DNA from: Marsupella aquatica
Lineage: Eukaryota; Plantae; Marchantiophyta
Length of the DNA: 64,000 bases
Reading direction: 5' to 3'
Assembly: GCA_973895155.1 (NCBI GenBank)
Contig: OZ316897.1
Span: 11,059,832-11,123,831, forward strand
This document shows positions 38,101-51,459 of this stretch, piece by piece. Each line of letters begins with the position of its first letter. Positions within the stretch are counted from its first letter, which is position 1. The notes under the pieces were generated by a model. It was given only the letters and a program-made list of their open reading frames with translations, searched no databases and had not been told where the DNA came from. A program made the translations under genes and the position numbers.

Positions 38101-39593
38101 TTGAAGTTATTGATCTAATGGGAAATAGCCTCACTGGACCAATTCCCAGGAGTTTTGGCAATCTCACAAGCATGGAAGACATTCTCCTTGGCCAGAACAG
38201 CTTGAATGGCACCATTCCAGCCGAGCTTGGAAAATTGGACTTGACGATGCTGACCTTGGAAGAAAACTTGCTATCAGGAGAAATCCCTGAAAGTATGAAG
38301 AGCTTTCATGATTTAATTTATCTAAATCTGTCCAATAACTTGCTTTCAGGTAGCATACCAGGTTGGCTGCAGCTGAACTCCACTTTGAAGGTTCTTGATT
38401 TGTCCTCCAACAACTTCAATGGTTCAATTCCGCCATTGCTAAGCAATCTCACAAACATTCAAGTTATGCTTCTCAACAAAAACTCATTGAGTCTTAACAT
38501 CTCCCTTGACTTTAGCAATCTGCAATCACTTGTGACACTGGACTTATCACACAACAATCTGATTGGTGAGTTTCCTACATTGGTGGAGAATTGCAACAAC
38601 CTGCAGGTTCTGGATCTCAGCCACAATATCTTGAGTGGGGCACTTCCAGCCTTCTCAAAACAGTTGGTCTCAATTCGAGTCCTCATATTGAGTTTCAACA
38701 ATTTGGAAGGAGAGATACCGGATTGGGTGTGGGGGCTGCCCCAGCTTCAGTTTTTGGACCTGTCACGGAATTCATTCAGGGGCAATATACCAAACAACAT
38801 GATTGTCCTTGGTGGAATGAAGAAGGGTGCAAATGATACTACTTCAATTGTTTCAGTTTTGACATTTTCAGTCAACGAAGGAGCCACATTCTACTATGAT
38901 GGAATAATAAGCTATTTATTCTCCAATGAAAATGAGGTTTCTCAGGCTCAGCAAGTGGACGTGACAAGCAAAGGAGTCCATACCACGTATGCATACATCC
39001 TTCCAGCTTTGGCTTTGATCGACGTATCAATGAATCAGTTGACGGGTGAGATCCCTTCAAGCTTGGGAGCTTTGACACTCTTGAAAACTCTCAATGTATC
39101 GCATAATATGTTCACGTCTTCCTTACCGGAAAGTCTTGGCTTGCTAGCAACATTGGAATCCTTGGATGCCTCATTCAACAACCTCTCTGGCACTATCCCT
39201 TCCTCTCTTTTAAACTTGACTTACTTGGAAGTCCTTAAAGGAAACAATTTTAGTGGATGCATTCCAGCAGGGGAACAGTTTGCAACATTTAATGTTTCAG
39301 ACTATAGACCTGGAAACCCACATCTCAGCGGATTCCCGATAAGTTCTCATTGTGTCATGACTGCAACTTTCAACAGCACGGTGAGTGATGGCTCAACTCC
39401 ATCAAAATTTTACGATTGGGTCTCTATTCTGGCCCTCGAGATTGGAACAATGTTGGGGTTCATCTCAGTCTTTGTTCTTCTGCTTCTCAGAAAGTCCTTC
39501 TGGCTAATCAAATTGCCTACTCCTGTTGTTGCTGATGTGCCTTCTCACGAGGGCTACTACAATCGAACAGGCTATGGGTTTTTTCGAGAATGA
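35155..39593 (+). CDS. LRR receptor-like protein (no kinase); exons 35155-35492 and 36527-39593
   Basis: Exon 1 encodes a signal peptide, and the splice joins ...VTDR/EVLLAFK. An LRRNT motif (CSGWEGVTC) precedes about 30 plant-type LRRs (LxxNxLxGxIP), an island region and 4 further LRRs. A TM segment with GxxxG (IGTMLGFISVF) and a short cytosolic tail follow. Confidence 0.93.
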
Positions 39594-39799
39594 CCTAAAA
39601 ACAATTATGGAGCTAGAGCCAGCCCCCATTGTTTTAGTCAGAGTATTACACCAGATTTTTTTCACACAGCCCAGAGAGGCGTGGCTTTGTGGCAGCTCAC
39701 TTGAGTGGAGACTTGTAGATCTTGGGTTCAAATTTTGTGATTGAATGTTCCCTTTCTATGAGACTGTTTCACAGATTTTCCCCAATTAAAATGATTTCT

Positions 39800-40900
39800 T
39801 TCACACCATGCATGCATAGAGCAGAACTTTTGAAGGAGGATCTTACCTGGCCAGGATTTTGTAGATTTTGATCTTTAGGCGTATGGCAAACTTGCTCCCT
39901 GACTTGCTCTCTCAATGAAGGAGGGAGTTATGAAGCTTGTTGGAACCAAGGAACTTGAGACAACTAAAGAATTGGCGCACTCCAATTAACAATTAAGCTA
40001 AATACAATGTACAAGCTAATTGTGCAGATTCTGGCTCTCAGGCTTAGACCTTACTATTAAAGCAAATTATCAGTGCTCAGCAAACAGGAAATATCCTTAG
40101 TCTGTAGACTTATTTTGGAGAAAATTTATGTTGCTTGGTTGACTTCTGACTGGGTGAAGTTATACAAGGTTATCATTTATCTTGAAGTTGGATTTTGGAA
40201 AGCATTTAATAGAGTTAACCACTCTTATATATGGGAAACAATGTGCATACCCGGTACATATAAGTAGTCATTTTATCAGTTTAATAGTCCAATCACTAAT
40301 AAGCAGGTCGGGCAAGCTCAAGAGTGCATATCAATATTGATATGTAAGTGATGTTACACACATCATGATCAATAAAGTAGATTAATTTATCTTGTAGTAA
40401 GCACAATGACTATTATTTAGTCATTTTAATGAAATAATGACTTTGTAATCATTATTTTACTAGTAAGAACATACAGGATTGGTACTAGTGAATAGAGTGA
40501 CAAATTTTCAAATATATTCAGATGTTGAGGTTTGACAAGGGTGCCCCTGATCTCCTTTGCTATTTGTAATTATATCTACCCGGCCAGGCACCCTCTTATC
40601 CAACCTTGATGGATTACCTAGATAATGAAATTAGGCAGGATAGATACTAGGATTAAAGGCAGAAAGATCTCATTAACAATATGCTATAGATTATTTGCTG
40701 ATGACCTTTGGAATATTCATACCTGCAAAGGAAGAGGGCTCTGCAATGCTATGAACTGGATACTGGAGCTTGACTCAACCTACATGTAGACGTAGGTAGT
40801 GATTCCTTTTGCCTTGGATTTAATACCCATTTGAAGTCCTCACTCGGACATATACCCAATCAGTATTTGGGATCTCGTTTGGGATTGTCTTCAGAGATTT
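39800..40900 (+). pseudogene. LINE reverse transcriptase remnant
   Basis: Degenerate NWR..I..LN..YKL...LALRL, KAFNRVNH, QGCP.SPLLF and LFADD motifs occur in order with frameshifts. Confidence 0.75.
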
Positions 40901-43900
40901 CTTGAGCACCATTGGGTTGGGGTTTGTGTGCATCACAACTGCACAGTCACCTTGTGTCTTGACAAGATAAGGAACGGGCTCGATCAACTTACAATGGTCA
41001 AAGGTTTGTCAAGGTTTGTCAATAGTCTGGATCATTCAAGGGGTCCAATCAAGTAACACTTTTCATTTTGGGTGGTCCATCAAGCATATACCTAGTTCTA
41101 AATTTGCTAGGTTTTTTGGTTCACATTAGCCAGTTTTCCACCTAACCACAGACCCCATTAGCTAGAATCTATTGGCCATCCTTGCATCAAGGGAGATTTA
41201 GCAGTAGGGAAATAACTCAAGAAAACCAGACACTGAATATTCCTAGCATTTTCTCCTAGCTTCCAAGAGGCTAGCATTTGCCACAGTGGTGGAAAGTTAA
41301 CAAGAAAAACCTTATAGATTAAGCTTGTAGTTCCTTCCAAATATGGCAGCCAGGGGTTGATGAAAAAGGAGCTGGCTGCCTTTAGTTAGAGATAGGGCCA
41401 GCATTGGGAAACATTGCTCCAAAGAATCAGCCCTACATGCGCATTTGACCCCACTGCTGGAGATCTCTAATAGGGCATCTCTAAGCTTCATAATTGTTTC
41501 ATAATTGTGGATGATGGCTTATGGCCACAAACCAAAAAAAAATCCCTTTTTATTTCACGTACCACTTCTACAGGGACTTATGGTCATGGCATATGACCAA
41601 TCACTATGGTAAAAGTTAAAGTCATGGAACATGAATTGGGTGTCTCAAAGCTTCAAAATTATGGATGATGACATTAGACCATTAAAAAATATTCATAACT
41701 TTTTAACAAGGTTATGTAAGCGTTCCTTTGCTTTTTCTGTCACCAGCCTCTACTATGAGTGATGATGCAAAAGACCAACCCTTATGGCAAAAGTTATAGA
41801 CTATGAATTTGATAGTCCTTCCTTAACTTTTTGTGTCCATAACCAGTACCCAGGGCGTTAAGGTCTTTTAGTGTCTACAACCAGTAACTAGGGAGTTAAA
41901 GTTTGAGAAGCTTAGATAAGCTTAGGTAATCCATAACATTTTCTGTGAGTTAAGGTCCATCAAATATTTAGATTTGAGACCCCCTAATATTTTCTGTGAG
42001 TTAAGGTCCCTCAAATATTGAGGTTTGAGACCCACTGATCGGACAGCTTGGGAAGTCGGAGATGAGCAGATGGGTTGTAGAATCACACAACACGAGATGG
42101 AAGCGGGCAGAGAGCGGCTGCTTCGGCGATTCACCATATTAGCCACATCCATCACGGCAGTGGTCGTGCTCCGGCTGATTACGGCCCTCAGCCTCACGCG
42201 CTCTCTGCTGTAAGAGAAATTCTGGTTGCTCATTCCTGTCCATGCTTAATTCCTGCGTTCCTATTTCGTTTGCCGTCCTCGATGCTCTGCTGCCCCTTGT
42301 TAATTGTTCGATTCTGTTCTCCGTCATCGTTTGATTACTCCAAATCATCTGGCGATCGGTTCATTCCAAGCGCAGAAAAATGAAATCGTCTCGTGTGCAT
42401 TTCGTGGGCTCGGGATTGTTTTGAGGGAGACAGAGATTGCAATCCTGTGCATTAGTGCCGTCTGTTGCGTCTGCTGGCATTTTGAGGAGTGATCAGAGAA
42501 ATGTTTATGGCCCTGTTTAGTCGTTCTATCGCAGCTCCGTTTTGGGGGCTACACATGATTTACACCCCTAAGTTTTGCCTTGTAGGAGTAGTGTTTCTGG
42601 AACTCGTGCTCTCGCTTTGTGTTGACTGAAATTGAAGTCGGTGCTTTATCAGGTCCTCTCCATTGTTTGAGCTACGAGGAGTCCAATAACAACATAGTTG
42701 AATTGCACGTGTCGAGATGGTTGGATGCAGGCAAGGATTGGCTTCTGAGCCCCTCTGAGACAGAGCTAGCAGAGCTGGAGAAGAAGCGAAAAGTTTCCTT
42801 GGCTCGGAACGAGAGTGAGGACACAGGTGGAGACTAAAATTGAGTGTTGGAAGCAAGCTTGGATGATCATCCAGACGATCGGCAAAATCGCCTGCAGGAA
42901 TCTTTTGCCCTGACTGTGCAACTCAGCTCCGGTTGTCATGACTAGCGGGTATTACATATGCTCATGAGCGTCTTCATACATGATCAACTCATCTCTGGAG
43001 AGCCGGCTTCATTTTGGTTTCAGTGAAATTCAGAATTCACACAGGTTGAGAGTGTCAGTTTGACACTGTTTGTTCCTTTCCGTAACCATGCTACCCAATG
43101 ATGGTCTGTAGAGCTGTGGACTAAGCTGTAGAGGTGCGAGTGCAAACTTATTGTACAACTTGGGAGGTGAGCTTGAACCATTCGTAAGACCTTACCTAAG
43201 GCAGAAACAGGCCAACGTAACATCTGATATGTCAACAAGGGAGGTAAAGGCACAATGTCCTTGTATCGTAAATGCACTAATCTTGAAGCAAAGACAACTA
43301 CATTCTTTAGCATATTTTCACGTCGAGCTGTTGTCAAGTGTATTCTGCTGTAGTTCCGACGATGTGGCTCCTCAACTCGTCTAGTAATGTTGTCCCAAGT
43401 GTCTCTCCAATACCAAATATTTCCTGTCTTACAAATTTCCTTTCAGTCACTGCAAAGGCACGTTTCGATAGGATAGTCGTGGCACTTTTACCCGTTGGGT
43501 CAATGTGCAGTTTCTTATTCGCCCACAATAACCCTGCGCCTGTAGAAGTAAATTCTATGCTGCGATGCCATACTGACAAAACTAGCATTTTTGCCATAGT
43601 GATCGATAACTAGCCCGATTCTGATTCATTTAACAAGAAGTTGAAGCAAATTTAGTTTACAGACGATCAAACTTTTCTTGTTGCATTTCGGTGTCTTCCA
43701 TCGATGTTTCATGCAGGCTCACATTTAGTAAGCTTCTTAACGACTTACAACATGACTAATCAAGTTTTTTGGACCAATCACAACATTTCAACTAAGCTGA
43801 AGCATTGAAGAGTACATGTGTCCATCTGTTGTCGACGCAGAGCAGTTTCACTTTACTTCACGTCTCCCTCGGAGCTCTTGGCAGGATGGTGGAATATATT

Positions 43901-44224
43901 AAGAGTCCACGAACTCACAACATCGCAATGGATTGAATTAAGAGGTATAGATCTTGCCACTTAAAAACAGAGAGTGAAACGATCTGGAAAAAGGAACAGA
44001 AAAGGCAAACCAGTTTCTTTGTTTTAAGGCACCGTGTAGCTCCGGTGTGCACAGTCCAATTTTATCTGGACCTTTATCGTGAGAACAGACTATAGTGAAT
44101 GGAAGTCTTTAACTAGTTTGAGATTCATCAGTCCAATACACGAATAAAGAACAAATGGACAGACACAGAGAAAGTCCGGTTATGAAGACATCGAGAGCTC
44201 AATTTTACTTCATTTCAAATGACG

Positions 44225-44425
44225 AAGAGGAATCATACTTCAAGATTGACACGGATCATCTCTAAGAAGAGGAATCATACTTCAAGATTGACATGGATCA
44301 TCTCTAAGAAGAGGAATCATACTTAAGATTGACATGGATCATCTCTAAGAAGAGGAATTATACTTAAGATTGACATGGATCATCTCTAAGAAGAGGAATC
44401 ATACTTAAAAATGACATGAATCATC
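44225..44425. repeat. 41-42 bp tandem repeat, about 4.7 copies, downstream of the cupin
   Basis: Unit AAGAGGAATCATACTT(C)AAGATTGACAYGGATCATCTCTAAG. Confidence 0.95.
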
Positions 44426-44459
44426 CCAATGGCTGCCATTCAATTCCGCGACTGACTCT

Positions 44460-44960
44460 TCATAGTTCATCCTTGGCATGGTGTTCAACCGTAACGATGC
44501 CATACGCTCGTGCTAGGTCGAGGGCTTTTTTAGCAATGTCCGGGGTCATTAGAGGAGGTTCTCCTGGTGTATTACGATCTGCGACAGGTTTCCCAACTTC
44601 CAGAAACCAGTGTTCAAATCCACCAGGGGCGTAAGAGAGCACCATGTGAGCGTTTTTATCAGATAAGTTGATGAATGAATGCTGAACATTCCTAGGCAAG
44701 TGAATGAAACATCCCTTTGTTGCAGGAAATGACTTGCCTCCAACATTCCATGTCAGCTCCCCATCAAGTATATACCAAGTTTCTTCCTCCCTCGTGTGTA
44801 TGTGGGGTGGTGTACCGACTCCTGGAGGCACAATGTCCTCAAACAGAGCATAGGTTCCTCCCGTTTCATTTGAAAGAGCCTTGACGGTGACGAGAACTCC
44901 CAGGGCCCAGACCGTAATTCCGTCAGCTACAGTCAGATGAGGCCAGAATGAGTAAGGCAC
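44460..44960 (-). CDS. Cupin-domain protein (bacterial quercetin 2,3-dioxygenase-like monocupin); true start unresolved
   Basis: Cupin motif 1 GTPPHIHTREEETWYILDG and motif 2 GCFIHLPRNVQHSFIN are present, followed by APGGFEHWF and ARAYGI. The ORF has no in-frame ATG near its 5' end; a possible splice acceptor lies at ~44927. Confidence 0.85.
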   Translation of the reverse strand: MPYSFWPHLTVADGITVWALGVLVTVKALSNETGGTYALFEDIVPPGVGTPPHIHTREEETWYILDGELTWNVGGKSFPATKGCFIHLPRNVQHSFINLSDKNAHMVLSYAPGGFEHWFLEVGKPVADRNTPGEPPLMTPDIAKKALDLARAYGIVTVEHHAKDEL

Positions 44961-47900
44961 AAATTTTCAAACCAAGGTTCTTCGCTGTCTACGACGCATT
45001 GTCCTTGCATGACTATTCTTATTATGCTAAATTGAGCGTCGATTCCAGAGTCTTCTTTCTTGTTATTATTGTGAGCGACTTCAACTCTAAGTTCGGACAT
45101 CTGTCAAGTCATTTTCTGTAATCAGCTCATTTGAACCAGATTCTTCGCTGTACCCTTCAACCTTCCAACCATACCTGCTTGCTAAAAAGCAGTGGATAAT
45201 ATTAACGTAGAAGCCTGTGTACAGAATTTTCTTTGGTGTAATAGCATGTTTCTCAAGATTCAAGATCGAAGCAGTATATACCTGGACCAACAATGTTGAC
45301 ACTTGATGAAATTTGATCCATGGCTATCCTCCTTAGCTGACCCTTCAACAGCAAGGCACACCGTCAAATCTTGACTCAAAGGTTTAGACTCATCCCAACC
45401 ATTTGAGTACAATGCATGGACCACCAAAGTATCCATAGCCATGACGACCTTCCTGTGATGTTTCACAAGAGAGAACCAGTTCGCTAAGACTACAAACAGC
45501 TGTGTTGACTCCCGGGCCATTGAGGGAAGCGAGAATCTGGCAGACTTCCTTTTTTCCAATTCCTTGTGCTATGAGAAGATCTGAAGCACACAGCTGGATG
45601 GATCGCTGCATTCCTCGACGACACATTATTTGTCATCATCATCAACGTTCAGATGTCTGTCTATTGACTTCTCAGCATGAAGCTATAACTTCTATGACGC
45701 ATATGTGAACGAGAAGATGTCATCCCTCTCAGACCGTAACATGCGCTTAGCCAGAAATCCCTGCCTAGAAATCGCTTCATGAAGTCGCCCACGGATGCAA
45801 CACTTCCGACAGCACGTGCACTAAAATCAAGTTTGAGAAATGGTTCTGTGGAGAGGAGAACGGGAGCTACAGTGGGCGAGAGGTATCGTAGGAAAATTAG
45901 AGTCAAGAGAGGTGATCGCCACTAGATAAAAAACGAATTCGAAAACAAAATGACTCGATCTCGATCTTGCAAACAGGGACAAAACAACTAAATCACAAAG
46001 CGTAAACAGTGAGATTCAAATGTCAGAGAACAAACACAGTATAGTCGAAATCTTTTCCAAGAGTACATTGAGAAAAGATGACCAAATCTCAAAAACCATA
46101 TAGAGAGATGGCGAATCTCAAAGTGCTTAAAGAGAGAGACGATAACTGAATCTGGAAGAGAACACACAAGGAAAACTTTCAAAACCCAAAGAACAAACAA
46201 CCAGGGAGAAAGCAATGATTACAATCTCCAAAACCAGCAGAAAAATGACTGACTCTGCAACAAAATGAACGGAGACTGAATGGAAATGGCGACTGCCTCT
46301 CAGCTGCCTAGGCCACCCTGAGTGAATGAGCCTCACAAAATCACTTCGGGTGAAACAGAGAAAGCGAGAGACAGACCGACAGACCGACAGACAGAAAACA
46401 ATGGCTGTATCCTGGCGCAACGGAAGGGACGGAGATCACCCGAGCTCCACATTACCTTAAAAGGCCTGCACAGCTTGTGGGTACCCCTTCTTCCTCCCCA
46501 GTCAAGCACTCAAGACAGAGTGGTATTGGCGACAACCGCTCCTCCGAATTCCCTTCTCTCGCCCACTTTCTCTCCACCACATTCAATTCATTGCATTTCA
46601 GCTCAGCTCAGCTCAAGCGGCTATATACTAATACTTTCAATTTCTCATCCTGCATTACATTTTGCTCGTCATGACAATATCCAGATTGCAGCATCTACAG
46701 GACGTCCTAGCATGTGGTGCACAGTGGCAGATTCGAGGAGGCCGACAAGAAGCTTCAGGTCCTCCTTCCTACCGTCCCTCCTCGTTCTTCACCTCCACCG
46801 CAAAAACATATTATATTATAAACGATAGAATATGAGCTGCAGGTGCAGCAGAAACTACAGTATCTAATGAATAATCGGATCTTATTAACTTTTCCGGCCC
46901 AAGTCATTTTGCCTCCTGCCATGCAAAATCAGTCACTGTTTATTTAAGTTGGCCTGCAATACAGGGGGTGGCCCACATGAGGAATCATGCTAGAAAGCAT
47001 GCTATTGGTTTGCTTACAAGCTTGAGCGGGGGAAAACCAATGCCTCATCAGATCTTTTCAAGGCTGTTTTGGCAATGTTGGATGACTAATCAATTGGGGT
47101 GCTGAAATGGGGAGGGGCTATTTGTGTAGGCAGGAGGGGGGCTACATGTACCATGCTGGCTGCTACTGGTACACGTGCATGTGATATTGTGCACTAATAT
47201 GCTGGGATCGTCCGTAAAGGTACTATTGTACGGCGTTTGAATTACCGTACTCACATCACAACCCGTACATGGAAGGTGAAATCGTAAAACAACGAATCAA
47301 TGCAATTGGACTGGAGTCTATGGGAGAGGATTAAATGGACCATGATCCCATTTAACCTGAGGACTGCGATAGACCATGCATGTTTTGACACTCCAAAATG
47401 TGAGCACACATACAAAGTGAATGCATTACCTGAGTAAAAGATAATGTTTCAAGATGATCCAGATGTGACACATTTTGGGGGGTATACGCAAGCATCTAGT
47501 CGAACATTGTGGCATTGCAAAGCCTCCCAAAATGTATATCAAAGCTGCAAAATTGAAGACTTTATGATCGCAAACTGTATATCAAAGCTGCAAATTAAAG
47601 ACATGATGAACCCAAAATTGTGTGCATTCAGAAAAAACATATTAAAGGCTGTTGGAAGTTTGAATTATATTAAACGCTGTAACAAACAATCCCATCAAAA
47701 GAGGAATGGTCTGGTTACAAACAAAAAGGCAGGCGCAAATCCTGGCGATTCACCAAAATATGGATTTTTGTAAACCATCAAATCCACCAATATATTCACC
47801 CTTGCCTCACCTGCCTACCCAAACTGCCAGTGCCTGCCCGGGATTAAAAAATTAACATTTTATTACTTTTATTAGAAAATTTACAAAAAATACAATAGAA

Positions 47901-50900
47901 AACAAAACAAGAAATCAGAAAAAAAGGTAAAATTCTTCCTCCTATTGTGCAATTGTATTTGGGTTTTGTGACAGTGTAGCTGTTGTCACCCCTTTTTTGG
48001 GTCCCCACTCACTCCTCAATGCCTCCCCAACAAGAACACTTTTAGAACAATAACACTATAACCTAAAATGACAACATTTCTGTAACAACAACTGCCAAAC
48101 CGAATAGCAAGACTTCCACACCCACAAACATGACTAGTCAGATGACACATTCAGAACAACAACTCTTACTTGCCTACTTGCAATCTTTGTCCCGCCTTGA
48201 TACTTATGTGCAATGCATGACTAGGTATTGTTGCACCAGTGACCAGATTTCAACAACAACCACATGGTCACAACTACAATCCTCACTTGCCATTATTTGT
48301 CTTGCCTAGACATTTCCGTGCCATGCACAAGTATTGTTGCGCCAGTGACAACATGGTTGCAACAATAGTAGTGTAACATGTTCATTGGGTTATCAGGCAC
48401 TATAATATGCAAGTACGTCTGGCATCTTTTTAGGGGCATCGTTTGGTTATAAACACTAAAAATGGCAAGAATGAATTGTGGATGTCTGTCAAAAAAACCT
48501 TTTTGTCACCGTTTGAAGGGGAAAAAACACCTCCCTTGAGACCCTCCCTACACATGCCAGCCACTATTCCCTCTGATATGCTTGCCGCTATGCACCTGGG
48601 GCGGCAAAGTCCAAAGAGGGTCACGCAACTTTGACCCCAGCTTTGACCAAAAAAATGAATCTTTTGCCTATGCCTACAAAATCCAAAGACAGTCAAGCAA
48701 GTTTGACAACAAATGTTGTGTCCTATATGATAAGATTCTTTATCAAAAATGAATTAAGATTGCATGGTTGTGGTTTACTCTTGTTAATTAACTTATGATC
48801 ATATCTGCATTACTTTGTTGATATCTACATTTGTAGGCCCTTTGCATATAATTTACGTTTGCATCCATTCCAGACATGGGCATTGAAAAATATGGCCTTA
48901 CATTTGTCTTCATTCTGTCTTCACAATGAAGGTGATTGACTTTTATTCATCTACTTGGTATCGCACACTGAATATTTTGTGGAAGAACAATAAAGTCATT
49001 TTAATCCAATTTAAAGAGTTCCAAGTAAAGAGGGGGTTTTTTTAACCATTTTTGGAATATTTTAGGAATGTTTTGAATGAATAGGGCCAAATGTTAGAGT
49101 GTTCGATACCTTCAAATGTCGCAGGTGATGGGAGCAGGTATGGGGTTCCATATAGTGAGACCCCCACCGCCCCACTGAGGAAACGGTTCCAATTACAATT
49201 TATGGCTGCAATGACCACATGCCCACAATGATTGCATAGATGCAACAACAATATGGGTGCAACAAGCACATGGCTGATAACATTGTGGCAACAAGCATGG
49301 TCCAAATGACAGCATGGCAGCAACAACAATCGTGTGCAATGTGCAGGCATTTGGGCTTGTGACATCTAATAAGCCTTGGTTATGTTCTTACTATGGGCAA
49401 AAATAGGGTGGTTCCAATTTCTGGGCTAAAATGAGCAAGTTTGGTGGCCACGGGCATACTTAGTCAGCACCAAACTCTTCTGTGGGAAGCCAAGAGGATG
49501 ATCATTGTGTGCTCATCTCTACTTCAGTAAGGAATTTTCTAACTTTTGGGAAATCTCCTTCTAGGGTTACCATATCTTATTATTGGTGGCCCTGTCTCCT
49601 TTGTGGCCTGGCATAGTGCCAGTTTGACAGACACATATGACGTACATACATGTCATTGGCGGACAATTAGAAATCCTGCTCCCAAACTGATAACTTGGGA
49701 CAAACAGATATCACATAGCAGCCTAAACAGTATCTGAGACTCAGGGCATCTTTCCATGTAGATTGAGAAGGTTATAGCCAGCTATTCTTTCGGGGGCAAA
49801 AAATTTGCTAGCTTTTGCATCTCTAAAATGTATTTGTCAGTTTTTGCAAAAATTCTAGATTTTCTGTCATCCATTAACCAATTTCTGTCATCCATCCCAC
49901 TAGACTAGATTAGCCAGAATAGAAATTAATCTAGAAAAAATATTGTTAGCATCTTCTTCTTCAGTAAAGGTGACATTTGTCACATTGGTTAAAATAAAAC
50001 ATTCTAAAAATTAAGCTCGTCAGAGCACCTTTCCATTTACCCCATTTTTACCCCCTACCCCTGTTCTTGCAATTTGCAAAGGCGGCAGTTTATCCCAAGT
50101 GGAATGGTACCCAGTCTAACCCTCTTTAAACCACACATGCCCATACAAAAGTTTCATTCCCTCCCTAACTACCCCTCATTCCTGTCCTGTGTTGAACAGT
50201 GTCTCACCATAAAGGTGAAACACTCAGCCCATTACCGAACTTACTTTATATTAATGAGAGCCTCACCACCTTTGTGGAGCTCAAGTCCATTCCTGAACTT
50301 AATATTAATGAGAGCTCTACTAGCAACCACCTTACCTCGCAATAGGTGCACTCGCTCGCCACCTTTTGTGTAACTCAAGTCCGTTCCTGAACTATATATT
50401 AATGAGAGCTCGTGGTAACCCATAGCTCATTACAGGTGCGTAAGTGTTTAGCACAGCGAGGGTGCAAGTACGACAATAGGGGAATGTCAGAGCATATTTC
50501 CATCCCAAGTGGAATGGTACTGAGTCTCACCCTCTTTGCAACAAGAAGGAAGTGCAAATGGAAGTGCACTCAGCTGGATTAGCTATTCTAGGTCTTTGAG
50601 ACTGGAGAAGAGAATGGAAACAGACCATCCGATCTCTCGGATGGGGCTTTATTCGGGTAGCTGGTTCAGAACATTTCCACCACAGAAGGGAATGCGATCT
50701 TCTAGACATTCATTTTGGTTTAAAAAGTTTCGACTATAACATATTGCAGTGCGGTGGACTGAGGTAGAAAGCGACTTTGACAGATCGTTGGACGGGGCCG
50801 AACTGTATGGCTCCTCTCTGCGAAAAATAGATCTCAGGGATGCATGATGCAGCATTTCCCAAGGTTCGCATGAGCCACAGAGCGTTCAAAGCTTAGCTCG

Positions 50901-51459
50901 GAATCGTTCATATTGTACTAACATTCTAGAAGGGATGCCCATTTCATTGGGATATTTCGTCTTGAAAAATACTCTACGAGTGCCCAACAAACTGATACCT
51001 GACATCCACATAATGTTTCCACTTACCACGAATTCAATAATCAGTAATAACATCCTCAATAATCTACAAACATCATGTCACAAAAAGGGAACCTCTAATC
51101 AGGATGAGCATGGACTCATGTGAAACACAACTGTTGCAAACTTGCAATCAGACAAAAAGGCTTTCGGGATGCTAAATTCAATATGATTTTCGAAGTGATC
51201 AGAACTGGGAACTTCTTGGCCAATTACGCATGAAGTAGTAGAAAGAACAGCTTCTCAATCTTCCACGGAGAGCTGACCCTAAGGAAACAACATTCATGTG
51301 AGAAAATACCGACGATCTCCAGATTCCAGTTTACAGATAATACATTCTAAACAACGTTGCTCGAAACTATAGTTAGCTGATAGTTGGCAATCGTGCCAAG
51401 CCCTCCTTACAAATGGGGCAGAGCCTATCAAAGCATAGTCCAGTGATACACGTCGCGAC

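Noticed and set aside
42345-42385. GDRFIPS resembling the CDC20/CCS52 C-box
   Set aside because: It is immediately followed by a stop, and no WD40 repeats are visible downstream. Likely chance.
46900-50530. Possible TE or gene in the intergenic stretch, with small local repeats at 50090-50530
   Set aside because: No convincing termini, TSD or protein motifs were identified by eye.
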